Source of the DNA: Thermoplasmata archaeon
Lineage (GTDB): Archaea; Thermoplasmatota; Thermoplasmata; Lutacidiplasmatales; UBA184
NCBI GenBank assembly: GCA_028864975.1
Contig: JAGWLG010000022.1
Span: 1 to 58,481 of the forward strand
DNA: 58,481 nucleotides
Reading direction: 5' to 3'
In this document: positions 17,280 to 26,610 of the stretch, piece after piece
Layout: each line of letters opens with the position of its first letter
Numbering within the stretch: the first letter of the stretch is position 1
The notes under the pieces: model-generated
Seen by the model: the letters and a program-made list of their open reading frames with translations, nothing else
Databases searched by the model: none
What the model was told of the DNA's origin: nothing
Translations under genes and position numbers: made by a program

Positions 17280-17900
17280 ACACCAATCAGTTTGGGGACG
17301 CGACCGCAGGCGCCGGGGTCCCCCTCGTCGCGCGTCGCACATCGCGCTACAGCCCCGGACAGGCGCCAACGGGGAGCATTCAGCACTCACCGGCTGGGTT
17401 CTCTTCCGCGGGGGCTCCGACGGGCAGATGTCAGGAGATGCGCGTGCAGGACACAGGCAGCCGAACCAGCGAAGGCCTATCGCGCGCCCGGCCGGCCCCC
17501 TCTCGACCAGAGCCGCCTTCATTACTCGCGATGGCTGATAGCCTGACGGAATCCCTCGGGCGCGGTTCATCTCGGAACCGGAGGGTTGGTTGCATCCATC
17601 TTCGAGAGAGGATGGGTTCATACCATTATTGGTTTGAACCCCTGCAGGCCCGTGGTGGATTCGAGCCCGAAAGGGTTCGAGTCTACAGGTGTCGGGTCCC
17701 TCGAGTGACGGACGACACCTCCCGGCCTCACCCCCATTCCGCAAGTGTGGGGCAAGTGGCCGGGTATTCGACCCAGGGGAACCGGGACGGCGGTGGGGCC
17801 CCTCGGAACTCCTCCACGTCGGCGGAGAGGCGTGGGTAGGGCCGAGTCCCCCTGATCCACCTGTGGCGGGCTTTGGTTCAGACCCCTCGGCCGAAACCGT
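17280..17900 (+). ncRNA. Candidate large structured non-coding RNA (boundaries approximate)
   Basis: No credible ORF; helices with G-U pairs and GNRA loops, e.g. 17655-17686 (14 bp, 3 G-U, GAAA) and 17596-17615 (GAGA). Confidence 0.5.
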
Positions 17901-17927
17901 TGACTCCTAGACCTCGCTCCCGGGAAT

Positions 17928-20900
17928 GTGGCCGAATCCGCGGAAACGGGGCCCGCCCACGCTCTCCCCGCCGCCGCCGAGACGTTGTTCGTGGGCCGAA
18001 CCCGGGAGCTCGCTCTGCTGGTCCGTGCCCTGGAGGACGCGAAGGCCGGGAAGGGAAGCGCCTGGGTCGTAGAGGGACCCGCGGGGATGGGGAAGACCCG
18101 CCTCGTCCGGGAGGTTCAGGAGGAGTCGTCCCAGAGGGGCTTCCGGGTCCTCTCCGGCCACTGCTTGAAGGAGGTCCTTACGCCCTTCTTCGTGTTCCAG
18201 CAAGCCCTCCGTCCCCTTCAGGACCGTGGGGAGCTGAGCCCCGCGAGCCTCCCTGATCCCTTGCCGTCGCTCGTCGTCTTCGAGGAGGACCGCCCCGCCC
18301 GCGTGTTCGAGGAGGCCGCCCTCCTGTCTGCGCGGACCCCCTGCCTCCTCGTCGCCCGCGAGCCATCTCGGCGGCTCCGCGCCCGTCTGCCAGCGCTCCA
18401 CCCTTCCGCGGAGCTCCTCGGTCTCTCGAAGGAGGAGAGGTCCGACCAATCCTCTCCCCTGCTCATGGATGAGCTCGGGCACCGGCTCGCTGCGCATCTT
18501 TCGGCCCGTCGCGGCAGCGTCATCGCGATGGGCGGGCTCGGCTACCTCGCGAGCCAGAACGGTTTTCCCGCCTTGCTGCGGCTCATCCAGTTCCTCCGCG
18601 ATTCGGCGGAGGAGAGCGGAGGACATCTTCTCCTCTCCCTCAATCCGACGGCGTTCGATGACCGTCAGGTCATGCTCGTGGAAGCGGATGCCCACGTCCT
18701 CCGTCGTCCGGTCCCTGAGGCGCTCTCTCCCGGCGCCCCCGAGCCCTCCTCGACGACGATGCTCCGATATCTCGACACGATCGAGGAGACGGCCCATCTC
18801 CGGCCGATCCTGATCGTGCTCGACGACCTGCAGTGGGCCGACGCGGATTCCCTGCGGGCAGCCCGCTTCCTGGCACGGAACCTCCGGTCCGCCTCGGTGA
18901 CCCTGCTGGCCACGCTACGGACGGAGGAGGAACGGGCCGACCCTGCGGAAGGGCAGTCCTTGCGGGAGACGCTCGAGGGGATGGAGCACGACGGGACGTT
19001 GCGCCGTCTCCCCCTCTCGGGCCTGGCCGAGGACGAGGCCCAACAGATGGCCCGTGCTCTGTTCGGTCTTCCTCTTGGGCTCGGAGAGGAGGACGACAGC
19101 TTCCGCGCCCTCTTCCGAAGGTCCGGGGGAAACCCGTTCTTCCTCCAAGAGACCCTGCGACAGCTCGCCGCAGAGGGGCATCTCCGGCGCGACGGCGGAC
19201 GGCTGGGGGTGAACGTCCTTGCGAAGGCGGACGGGTCTCGCCGGGACGGCCCTCCTGCCCTACCCGACACGCTTCGTCGGCTAGTGTCGCGACGTCTACA
19301 GGGCATCACGAAAGAGGGGCGGGAGATGTTGGAGTGGGGGGCGGACGCGGGAAGTGAGTTCGACCTTCCGCCGATCGCGGCGGCGCTCGGAAGAGACACG
19401 ACGGACGTGGAACGCGCATTGGAGCGCCTGCAGGACGAGCAGGGTCTCGTCGGACGGGGTCTCGGGGGCGGAGAGGGGTGGTCCTTCTCGCACCCTCTCC
19501 TCTGGGAGGTCCTCCTCGCAGAGCAGCCGGAACCGGAGCTGAGGGAAAGGTCGCTGCGCCTGGCCGACTGGTGGGGGTCGAGCCGCCCCCAGGAGGAGGG
19601 GACGGTGGCCCGTCTCTACCACGACGCCCACAACGCGGAACGAGGCCTACCTTGGGTGCGGAAGGCGCTGGAGCGGGCCATCATGGCTCAGGGCCCGGAG
19701 ACCGTGGAGCGCTACCACCGATGGCTGCAGGAGATGCTGGAGCTCTCAGGAGTGTCGGTGGACACGCGCGTCAGAGAGGGCCTGGAGGTCGCCTTACGGC
19801 TCGGGCGAGCGTCGGGTTCCTCGCGCCCCTTGCTGCGGATCTATGAGGGACTTCTCGCGCTCCGGCCATCGGACGAGATCCGATGGGAGGTCGGCGCGAG
19901 GTGCGTGAGCACCCTCGTCAACATCGACCCGGGGGAAGGAGGGAAGCGCCTGGACGCCCTCCAGCTCGAAGTGGAGGGGATCCCGGGGGGTCCTCCCCCG
20001 AAGGTCAGGCTGGCGATCCTCCAGAGCAGGTCCCTTCTGGGACTGTTCGCCCACGATCACGCGGCGTCGCTGGCATCGGCGGAGGACGCGCTGCACTGGG
20101 CGGGTGTCGCGGGGGATGACTGGGACCGGGCGTGGGCGCTCTATTGCGGGGGCTGGGCCCTCAGTCAGCTTGGACGGAGGGCCGAGCTTGGGACATGGCT
20201 CACGAAGCTCCGCGCGGTGACCGAAAGGACAGGATGGGCCCGTCTGGAAGGCATGCAGGCCTCGCTGGGGGCCCAGATGGCCTGGTCGGCGGGCGACCTT
20301 GCGATGGCCCGGCTCGGCTGGAAGGACGTCCTAGAGGCGACCCGGCGCACGGGTGACCACCGCACGGCCTGCAGCGCCATGGTCAACCTTGGGTTCGTGC
20401 TCCTCCTTGCCGGGGAGACGGAGGAGGCGATGAGCGTGGCGCGGGAGGCGCGACGGCTGGCCGAACGCTTCGACCTCCCTACGCAGGTCGGAGCGACCCT
20501 CCACATGATGGGGGAGGCGCTCCTGCGTGAACGTCGTACGAACGAGGCGCGGGCGAGCCTAGAAGAGGCCCTGACCACGTTCGCACGCCTGGACTATCAC
20601 GAGCAGGAATCCTCCTGTCGGCTCATCCTCGCGGAGGCCCTCCTGGTGGAGGGGGCTCCCCGCGAGGCCCTATCGGAGCTCGAGCGCGCGGCCAGCGGCG
20701 CGGGAGGGTCAGAGGGGCCGCAAGCCCGGCAAGGGCTCCCTTTGCTCCGCAGCTGGCTCCACGAGGCGTTGGGGGAAGCCGCGGAGGCGCGAAGGCGATT
20801 GGACGAGGCGCTCCAGGTGTCGAAGGAGGCGGGCGACGCCCTGGCGGAGGCCCAGGTCAAGGCCTCGCTGGCCCGATGGGAGCTCGCCCACGGCGATCCC

Positions 20901-21080
20901 TCGCGAGGCTCGGTGCTCCGCACCGAGGCCGACGCTCTCTTCGACCGGTGCGGGGTCGTCCCTGACGGGTGGATCCGTGACTGGCCCCCGGAGGCCGTGG
21001 ACCCTGGGACCCGGCCGCCAAGAGCGAGGGACCCGTCCATGGAGCATGACGAACCCCCGCAGACCCGTCGCGTTCCATAG
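17928..21080 (+). CDS. STAND-like AAA ATPase (AAA_16) with inserted DUF835-like domain and C-terminal TPR-like repeats
   Basis: FVGRTREL, Walker A GPAGMGKT, Walker B LIVLDDLQWAD, RSGGNPFFL. The ~150-aa insert has the DUF835 pattern (GLGYLASQNGF...LLSLNPTAFD). Helical repeats follow. Confidence 0.85.
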   Translation: MAESAETGPAHALPAAAETLFVGRTRELALLVRALEDAKAGKGSAWVVEGPAGMGKTRLVREVQEESSQRGFRVLSGHCLKEVLTPFFVFQQALRPLQDRGELSPASLPDPLPSLVVFEEDRPARVFEEAALLSARTPCLLVAREPSRRLRARLPALHPSAELLGLSKEERSDQSSPLLMDELGHRLAAHLSARRGSVIAMGGLGYLASQNGFPALLRLIQFLRDSAEESGGHLLLSLNPTAFDDRQVMLVEADAHVLRRPVPEALSPGAPEPSSTTMLRYLDTIEETAHLRPILIVLDDLQWADADSLRAARFLARNLRSASVTLLATLRTEEERADPAEGQSLRETLEGMEHDGTLRRLPLSGLAEDEAQQMARALFGLPLGLGEEDDSFRALFRRSGGNPFFLQETLRQLAAEGHLRRDGGRLGVNVLAKADGSRRDGPPALPDTLRRLVSRRLQGITKEGREMLEWGADAGSEFDLPPIAAALGRDTTDVERALERLQDEQGLVGRGLGGGEGWSFSHPLLWEVLLAEQPEPELRERSLRLADWWGSSRPQEEGTVARLYHDAHNAERGLPWVRKALERAIMAQGPETVERYHRWLQEMLELSGVSVDTRVREGLEVALRLGRASGSSRPLLRIYEGLLALRPSDEIRWEVGARCVSTLVNIDPGEGGKRLDALQLEVEGIPGGPPPKVRLAILQSRSLLGLFAHDHAASLASAEDALHWAGVAGDDWDRAWALYCGGWALSQLGRRAELGTWLTKLRAVTERTGWARLEGMQASLGAQMAWSAGDLAMARLGWKDVLEATRRTGDHRTACSAMVNLGFVLLLAGETEEAMSVAREARRLAERFDLPTQVGATLHMMGEALLRERRTNEARASLEEALTTFARLDYHEQESSCRLILAEALLVEGAPREALSELERAASGAGGSEGPQARQGLPLLRSWLHEALGEAAEARRRLDEALQVSKEAGDALAEAQVKASLARWELAHGDPSRGSVLRTEADALFDRCGVVPDGWIRDWPPEAVDPGTRPPRARDPSMEHDEPPQTRRVP

Positions 21081-21106
21081 GTCTCGACCCGGTGAGCTTC
21101 CGAGGT

Positions 21107-21601
21107 TCAGGGACGGTTCGCGGGGGTCGAGCGTGCCGCTCTCTCGAGCTTGTCCAGGCAGTTCTCCCAACCGGGGACAAGCCGGGGATAGACGTGAGGG
21201 GCTCCCCGACGAAGCTCTTCCAACCGTTCGTGGACCACCGTGATCTTCGTCTGCCCCTCGGCCCAAGGAACGAGCATGACCCTGACCAGGGTATCGTAGT
21301 ATTCTCCCTTCTCGGGCTCGGTACCCACGAACGCCCAATGGTAGACCAGCTCTCGGGGTGGGTCGATCTTGACGAAGCGCCCCTCGAACTTCCCCGTGCT
21401 GAGGCCATTCCGAGCATGCCACACCTCGATGCGTCCACCGACGCGCGGGTCCACGGTGATCCGTTCGAGGTCCAGATCATCTGGGGTCACCCACTGACGC
21501 ATCAGGTCGGGATCGAGAAAAGCGCGGAACACACGGTCCGGAGGGGCGTGCAGGGTTCTTTCGATCCGGATCGCGACCTCAGACCCCCCACGTTGACTCA
21601 C
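21107..21601 (-). CDS. SRPBCC/AHSA1-family protein
   Basis: IERTLHAPPDRVFRAFLDPDLMRQW, G.F..IDPP.ELVY.W and GW...LDKL motifs; GTGA overlap with the ArsR gene. Confidence 0.9.
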   Translation of the reverse strand: MSQRGGSEVAIRIERTLHAPPDRVFRAFLDPDLMRQWVTPDDLDLERITVDPRVGGRIEVWHARNGLSTGKFEGRFVKIDPPRELVYHWAFVGTEPEKGEYYDTLVRVMLVPWAEGQTKITVVHERLEELRRGAPHVYPRLVPGWENCLDKLERAARSTPANRP

Positions 21602-21927
21602 GGCTTCCTCCGCGTCCCCGGCTTGGGCTCCCGTTGGAGGGCCTTGTCCATCCGGCTCAAGCCCTCCTGCCAGAAGTGTTCGTAGTAGGAAAGCCACTCG
21701 GACGCCTCGCGGAGCGATCGTCCTCGAACGGAGTAGAGGTGTTGGCGGCCCGAGGCACGGAGCGAGACCATGCCCGAGACCCTGAGGATGCGGAGCTGCT
21801 TCGACACCGAAGGCTGGGACATGTGGGTCGCACCGACCAATTCGTTGACGGAGCGCTCGCCGTTGCGGAGCGCATCGAGCAGTTGCCTTCGGGAGGGCTC
21901 TGCAAGGAGGCGAAAGACGTCGACCAC
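21598..21927 (-). CDS. ArsR/SmtB-family transcriptional regulator
   Basis: FRLLAEPSRRQLL...SQPSVSKQLRILRVSGMV...GRQHLY. Confidence 0.92.
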   Translation of the reverse strand: MVDVFRLLAEPSRRQLLDALRNGERSVNELVGATHMSQPSVSKQLRILRVSGMVSLRASGRQHLYSVRGRSLREASEWLSYYEHFWQEGLSRMDKALQREPKPGTRRKP

Positions 21928-21936
21928 GTCATTTGC

Positions 21937-21952
21937 ATATCCAATGGGATAT
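21937..21952. promoter_or_regulatory. Putative ArsR operator in the divergent promoter region
   Basis: Inverted repeat ATATCC-AATG-GGATAT in the AT-rich gap between the divergent arsR and RibD-like genes. Confidence 0.5.
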
Positions 21953-22031
21953 ATGTCTATTTGCGCACATATAAGGGGGAGCGCCCGCCTTAGGGGGATC
22001 GCGAGGCTCCGCTCGATCGGGTGAAGGAAAG

Positions 22032-22610
22032 ATGCGAAGGATCACAGCGAACGCGTACATGACGTTGGACGGGCGCGGCGAATTCCCGAAGTACCCGGGC
22101 TCGGAACGGCCGTCGAAGGAGGTCAACGCGCTGTTCCGTCACATGTGGTTCGACCGATTTGACGACGTCACCACGGTCATCATGGGCCGCCGATCCTTCC
22201 TGGGGCACCAGCGAACGTGGAGCGAGAAGGCACGGAAGCCCGGTGAACAGAAGTGGCTTCTCGCGTACCGGCGGTATCTGGACCGTGTGGAGAAGATCTG
22301 CCTCTCCCATCGTCTCAAGACCACCGACTGGGAGGATTCCCGGATCCTTCACGGGGATCTCGCCCGGATCCTGACCAAGCTGCGGCACGAGAAGGGCGGG
22401 AACATCATGCTGGAAGGGGGGCCCGCCGTGGTTCGGGAGTGCCTGCGACGTAACCTCGCCGACGACTATTGGTTCTTCGTCATGCCGGTGGTGTATGGAA
22501 AGGGGCCTCGGTACTGGGGCCCGATGGACCCCCAGTGCACCCTCAAGCTCATCGAGACGAAGCCCGGGGAGGATGGGGAGATTCTCCTCCATTACGAGGC
22601 GCTCCGTTAG
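22032..22610 (+). CDS. Dihydrofolate reductase-like / RibD C-terminal domain protein
   Basis: MTLDG, IMGRRSF, GGNIMLEGG and VMPVVYGKG motifs. Confidence 0.9.
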   Translation: MRRITANAYMTLDGRGEFPKYPGSERPSKEVNALFRHMWFDRFDDVTTVIMGRRSFLGHQRTWSEKARKPGEQKWLLAYRRYLDRVEKICLSHRLKTTDWEDSRILHGDLARILTKLRHEKGGNIMLEGGPAVVRECLRRNLADDYWFFVMPVVYGKGPRYWGPMDPQCTLKLIETKPGEDGEILLHYEALR

Positions 22611-22680
22611 GGTCCTGCCCCGGTCCAGCGCTTGAGCATGGCGGCCAGGGACGACCCACGGGAGGTCGCCCCGGGGCGCG

Positions 22681-23145
22681 TCAGTGACCGGTATGTTCGA
22701 GCTTCCCTTTCTCCTCGACCTTCCACTTGCAGTACGCGTAGAGGGCGTCGTAGAGAGGGAACTGTAGACGCTGGTTCTCATGGTCGTCCTTGGCGATGAG
22801 CCGGAACCCCGTCGCCGCAGCCTCGAGCCCGGCGGCCTCGGCATCCTCCCCCGAACCCCCGTCGGCGACACGGACGATCTTGGCGAGCTCGAGCAGGGCA
22901 GGGTCCGTCAACTTGTACTTCCGAATGACGGCATCGAAGCTCACGAAGGACTTCCCGTTCTCCTCGTAGTGGAAGAGCTCGGCGCCGGGGGTGTCGAACG
23001 GGGTCGCCCCCTGCTTCTTGGCGACCTCCAGGACCTTGTCCTTCGGGACGTAGAGGAACTCCGCCTCCCTGTCCACGAACTTTCGGATGACCCAGGGGCA
23101 GGCGATCCGGTCGACGCGCGCTTTCTCTCGAGTGACCCACTTCAT
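22681..23145 (-). CDS. chrB: Chromate resistance protein ChrB-like domain
   Basis: MKWVTR...VDRIACPWVIRKFVDREAEFLYV, TPFD and FDA motifs. Confidence 0.9.
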   Translation of the reverse strand: MKWVTREKARVDRIACPWVIRKFVDREAEFLYVPKDKVLEVAKKQGATPFDTPGAELFHYEENGKSFVSFDAVIRKYKLTDPALLELAKIVRVADGGSGEDAEAAGLEAAATGFRLIAKDDHENQRLQFPLYDALYAYCKWKVEEKGKLEHTGH

Positions 23146-23209
23146 GGCCCGGCCTCGTCGCGGCGAGACCCACAAGGCAAGTAAGACTAGCGGTGTGCCG
23201 GGCCGATCC

Positions 23210-23899
23210 ATGCTCTCCAAGCCCGGCGAGCCTCCCCTCTGCCCCGGCTCGACCCCCCTCCTTTCTCGACGGTGGGCCGGCAGGCTTCCCACGCTCGTCG
23301 TGGTCGTGCTTCTTGGGGAGATGGTGTTCTGGGGAGGGTTGGCCCTCCTTCGAGCGGCCCCTCCCGGCGTCATCCTCTACCTGCTTCCCTGGACCCTGTG
23401 CATGGGCCTCTCTCTCCATCTCGCAGATGGTCGCCCTCGTGCGCGCGGAGCTGCGAGATATCTTGGAGCGGTCCTGGCCCTGAGCCTCCTCGAGGAGGCC
23501 CTGGCGTTCGCGGTCGGAGGAGGTCTGGGCGGACACGCGACCTCTCTGGCCGACGACTGGCTTCGCTCCGTGCCCGGTTTCTTCGTCATGGGGGTGGCGG
23601 TCCTCGCCGCGCAGCGACGATGGGGATCGGACGCTCTCGATGGGTTTTGGAGCGGGGCCGTCGCGGGGGTCCTCATCGAGATCGTCGTGGGTCGGGGCGC
23701 ACAGCCCCTGGCCTTCCTCACGTTCGGGGGCGTAGCGGCTTGGACCTACGGAGCCCTGGCCGGGTTTCCGCTCCTTCCTGGCGGGCACCCCGTCCCTCGG
23801 TCAGGGGTTCGCCGCATCATGACCGTGGCGACCGCGGTCGGGGCATTGCTCCTCGCCGAGCTCGTGGCATACTCCGTCGCTGGCGCCCTCCACGTATGA
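23210..23899 (+). CDS. Hypothetical multi-pass membrane protein
   Basis: About six hydrophobic segments; LLEEALA motif. Confidence 0.65.
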   Translation: MLSKPGEPPLCPGSTPLLSRRWAGRLPTLVVVVLLGEMVFWGGLALLRAAPPGVILYLLPWTLCMGLSLHLADGRPRARGAARYLGAVLALSLLEEALAFAVGGGLGGHATSLADDWLRSVPGFFVMGVAVLAAQRRWGSDALDGFWSGAVAGVLIEIVVGRGAQPLAFLTFGGVAAWTYGALAGFPLLPGGHPVPRSGVRRIMTVATAVGALLLAELVAYSVAGALHV

Positions 23900-24036
23900 G
23901 GGGGATGCTCGGGGTCTGCCGTTCCGTCGGAGGGACGAACCGCCCTGCCCTTGGCAGCCCGCAGACCAGCACGCCGTCAGGAATGAGTGCCCCCGCGGGG
24001 CGGGTCGAGGGGGGGTCACGCGGGAGCCGAGGCCGT

Positions 24037-24663
24037 TCAGGCCCGTCGCACCGCGGTGGCCTTCACGTAGAGATGGAGTCTCGCTCCCGGATGGATCCGG
24101 AGCCGGTGGACGGAGGACGGTGTCACCGCGACCGAGAGCACGGTCGAACCCACGCGCACTCCGAGAACGGTCTCCCAGCCTGGACCCCTTCGGAGGCTCG
24201 TCACGATGCCATGCAGGACGTTCCTGGCGCTGGTGGAGAACTCTGCCTTGGCCACCAGGATGGACTCGGGATCGACCCGGAGGCCCACACGCTCGCCCTC
24301 CCGAGCGCGGAACCCGACGACGAGGCTCAACGAAGGGGAGAGGTCGACGTGCGGTTCGGGTCGGGCATGCCAGGTGCCCCGGAGGGGTCGAACGGCCCCG
24401 GGACCTCCCGGATGCGCGACGGGGCCCAGGGGGCCGACGCCCCCTTCGAGCACCTTTCTTCCGCGGGAGTTCAGCCGTGTGCCTCCGGGGGTACGTCCCC
24501 CCCGCTGCGCCGTGACGACAGGCCCTCCCGCGAGCCGCGCGAGCCGGCTCAGTCGATAGGTGCCGCGGTCCCGCGAGATCCCGAGGGACTGGCAGGCCGA
24601 CACTAGGTTCCCCTCCGCCTCGAGCGCTCGCAGGAGCGAGATGTCCACGGGGGTGGCGAGCAT
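24037..24663 (-). CDS. ModE-like regulator (HTH plus TOBE)
   Basis: LLRALEAEGNLVSACQSLGIS...RGG..GGTRL HTH; STSARNVLHGIV and SVHRLRIHPG...VKATAV TOBE motifs. Confidence 0.85.
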   Translation of the reverse strand: MLATPVDISLLRALEAEGNLVSACQSLGISRDRGTYRLSRLARLAGGPVVTAQRGGRTPGGTRLNSRGRKVLEGGVGPLGPVAHPGGPGAVRPLRGTWHARPEPHVDLSPSLSLVVGFRAREGERVGLRVDPESILVAKAEFSTSARNVLHGIVTSLRRGPGWETVLGVRVGSTVLSVAVTPSSVHRLRIHPGARLHLYVKATAVRRA

Positions 24664-24679
24664 CTCCCGTTCCACGGTC

Positions 24680-25720
24680 CTAGTTCCCACGGCCCTCCTC
24701 CAGGCCTCGCAGCGGAAGGAGGTGTCGCTCGTCGACCTCGACCCACCCTCTTTGCCGGACCTCGGGCGGAGCGAGGGGCGGACGAAGGTGCTGCTCGAGC
24801 CTCCAGGGTCCGCACTCGAGCCCGACGCGCCAGCCGAGCGGGTCTCGATGCACCCAGCGGACGACCGCGGGAAGACGGCCCCGGCCTTCTTCCTGGACAA
24901 AGGAGAGCCGTTCCGCGGAGCAGGCGATCCCCTCGGGTCCGGCGCGATCGAGCCACGGACGGGCCCAGGGCGCCCCCGACGCCGCGGCGAGGTCCTGGGT
25001 GGAAAGCACGTTCTCGTAGCCCGCGAACCGGGCCGAGAACGCGTCGCAAGGCGAGGACATGAGGCGCTCGGGGTCCCCGAGGAAGCGCACCGAGCCTCCG
25101 TGCAGGAGGAGGAATCGGTCCGCAACGGAGAAGGCCACCGAGGGATCGTGGGTGACCAGGAGGAGCGCCACGTCCTGCTGCGAGGTGACCTCGAGCATCA
25201 TCTGGACGAGGTCGTCGCGAGCGAGCACATCCAATCCCGAGAGCGGCTCATCCCAGAGGAGGAGCCGCGGGTGCGCAGCAAGCGCCCGGGCCATGGCGAC
25301 CCGCTGGCGCTGCCCCCCGCTGAGCTCATGCGGCCGTCGACGAGCGAGCGATGTGAGCTCGAAGCGCTCCAGCAGAGCGCGGACCTCGCGGTCCGGCGTG
25401 GGAGCGCCGAGGGTCTCCTTCGCGAACCCCACGTTCTGCTCGACCGTTCGGTGGGGGAAGAGGGAGAGCCCCTGCGGCACGTAGCCGACGTTGCGGTGCT
25501 CCGGGGAGGTCGAGGTGACATCCCGGCCCTCCCACAGGAGCCGACCTCCCGAGTTCCGCGCCAGCCCCGCCAGGCAACGAAGCAGGGTCGTCTTGCCGCT
25601 CCCGCTGGGGCCCACGACCACGACCACCTCCCGACGTCCCATCGAGAGGTCGACCGGTCCCAGCTCGAAGCCGGGATAGCCTGCCCGGAGCCCCTCCAGA
25701 GCGACCCAGGGCGAGTTCAT
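24680..25720 (-). CDS. wtpC: Molybdate/tungstate ABC transporter ATP-binding protein
   Basis: GPSGSGKT, LSGGQRQRVA, LLWDEP, VTHD; operon context. Confidence 0.85.
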   Translation of the reverse strand: MNSPWVALEGLRAGYPGFELGPVDLSMGRREVVVVVGPSGSGKTTLLRCLAGLARNSGGRLLWEGRDVTSTSPEHRNVGYVPQGLSLFPHRTVEQNVGFAKETLGAPTPDREVRALLERFELTSLARRRPHELSGGQRQRVAMARALAAHPRLLLWDEPLSGLDVLARDDLVQMMLEVTSQQDVALLLVTHDPSVAFSVADRFLLLHGGSVRFLGDPERLMSSPCDAFSARFAGYENVLSTQDLAAASGAPWARPWLDRAGPEGIACSAERLSFVQEEGRGRLPAVVRWVHRDPLGWRVGLECGPWRLEQHLRPPLAPPEVRQRGWVEVDERHLLPLRGLEEGRGN

Positions 25721-26601
25721 GCCCGAGACTCCCGCGGCGCGCCACGGGCCCGTAAGGCCCACTCGAGCACCCGCATGCCCAGGAAAGCGCTGAGCGCGAA
25801 GAGCAGCAGGAGCGCCGCCATGGCGAGCGCCTGGGGGGGAGAGATCTGGTACGTCTCGAAGATCAGCACCGAGATGGGGTTCCAAACGGGCTGGTTCGCC
25901 CCCGCGGGCCACGGATAGACCGTATAGCCGAGGACGAGGAGTCCACCGATCTCGCTCAAGCTCCGCGCCCAGGAGAGCCCCATTCCCCCCAGGATCCCAC
26001 GTAGGGAGAGGGGAAGGGTGATCTGAAGGAACACGTCCCCACGAGAGGCGCCCAGGGTCCGCGCCACGCCGACCATCTCAGGGTCCACGGCCCGGAACGC
26101 GGTCATGCTCGCCGAGACCACGTACGAGGTGCTGACGTAGCCCATGACGGCGACCACGCCCCAGATCGTGTCCCAGACCGGGATGCCCAAGGTGGCGAGG
26201 AACCTCCCCAAGGGCGCGTCGGGTCCGAAGACCATCAACAGCGCGAGCCCCGCGATGAGGTGGGGCAGCACCAGGGGGAGGAGGACGATCGACTCGATGA
26301 CCTCCCGCCCTGGGAATCGCCGTCGTGCGAGCACGTAGCCCAAGGGCAGCCCGAAGACCACCGAGCCGGCGAGAGCGAGGAGGCTGGCCAGGACCGTGAA
26401 CCCTAAGGAGACCTCGACCGCGGGGCTCCCGGCCGCACGCAGGATGGCCATCGGAGGGACCGAGGTCAGCAGCGCGAAGAGCGGGAGGAGCAAGAGGACG
26501 ACGAGCACCCCCGCGAGCCCGGCGACAGAGGCCGAGGGGAGGATGGAGGCCCATCCTCCTATCGCGCCCGACCGAGGGGGGGCCTCCCCCCTTTCACTCA
26601 T
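25717..26601 (-). CDS. wtpB: Molybdate/tungstate ABC transporter permease
   Basis: LPLVLPHLIAGLALL, VARTLGAS and WARSLSEIG motifs. Confidence 0.85.
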   Translation of the reverse strand: MSERGEAPPRSGAIGGWASILPSASVAGLAGVLVVLLLLPLFALLTSVPPMAILRAAGSPAVEVSLGFTVLASLLALAGSVVFGLPLGYVLARRRFPGREVIESIVLLPLVLPHLIAGLALLMVFGPDAPLGRFLATLGIPVWDTIWGVVAVMGYVSTSYVVSASMTAFRAVDPEMVGVARTLGASRGDVFLQITLPLSLRGILGGMGLSWARSLSEIGGLLVLGYTVYPWPAGANQPVWNPISVLIFETYQISPPQALAMAALLLLFALSAFLGMRVLEWALRARGAPRESRA

Positions 26602-26610
26602 GCCTTGCCT

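Noticed and set aside
17673-17682. Second tRNA (GGGTTCGAGT T-loop-like)
   Set aside because: It is the 3' arm of a 14-bp hairpin; no cloverleaf can be drawn.
17800-17820. RNase P RNA on the minus strand (GAGGAGTTCCG)
   Set aside because: Imperfect CR-I, no matching CR-V/P4, and G-U/GNRA polarity favours the plus strand.
17004-17900. Group II or group I intron (GTGCG at 17004)
   Set aside because: GTGCG is paired in a local hairpin; no domain V, no group I P7/J8-7 core and no interrupted host gene were found.
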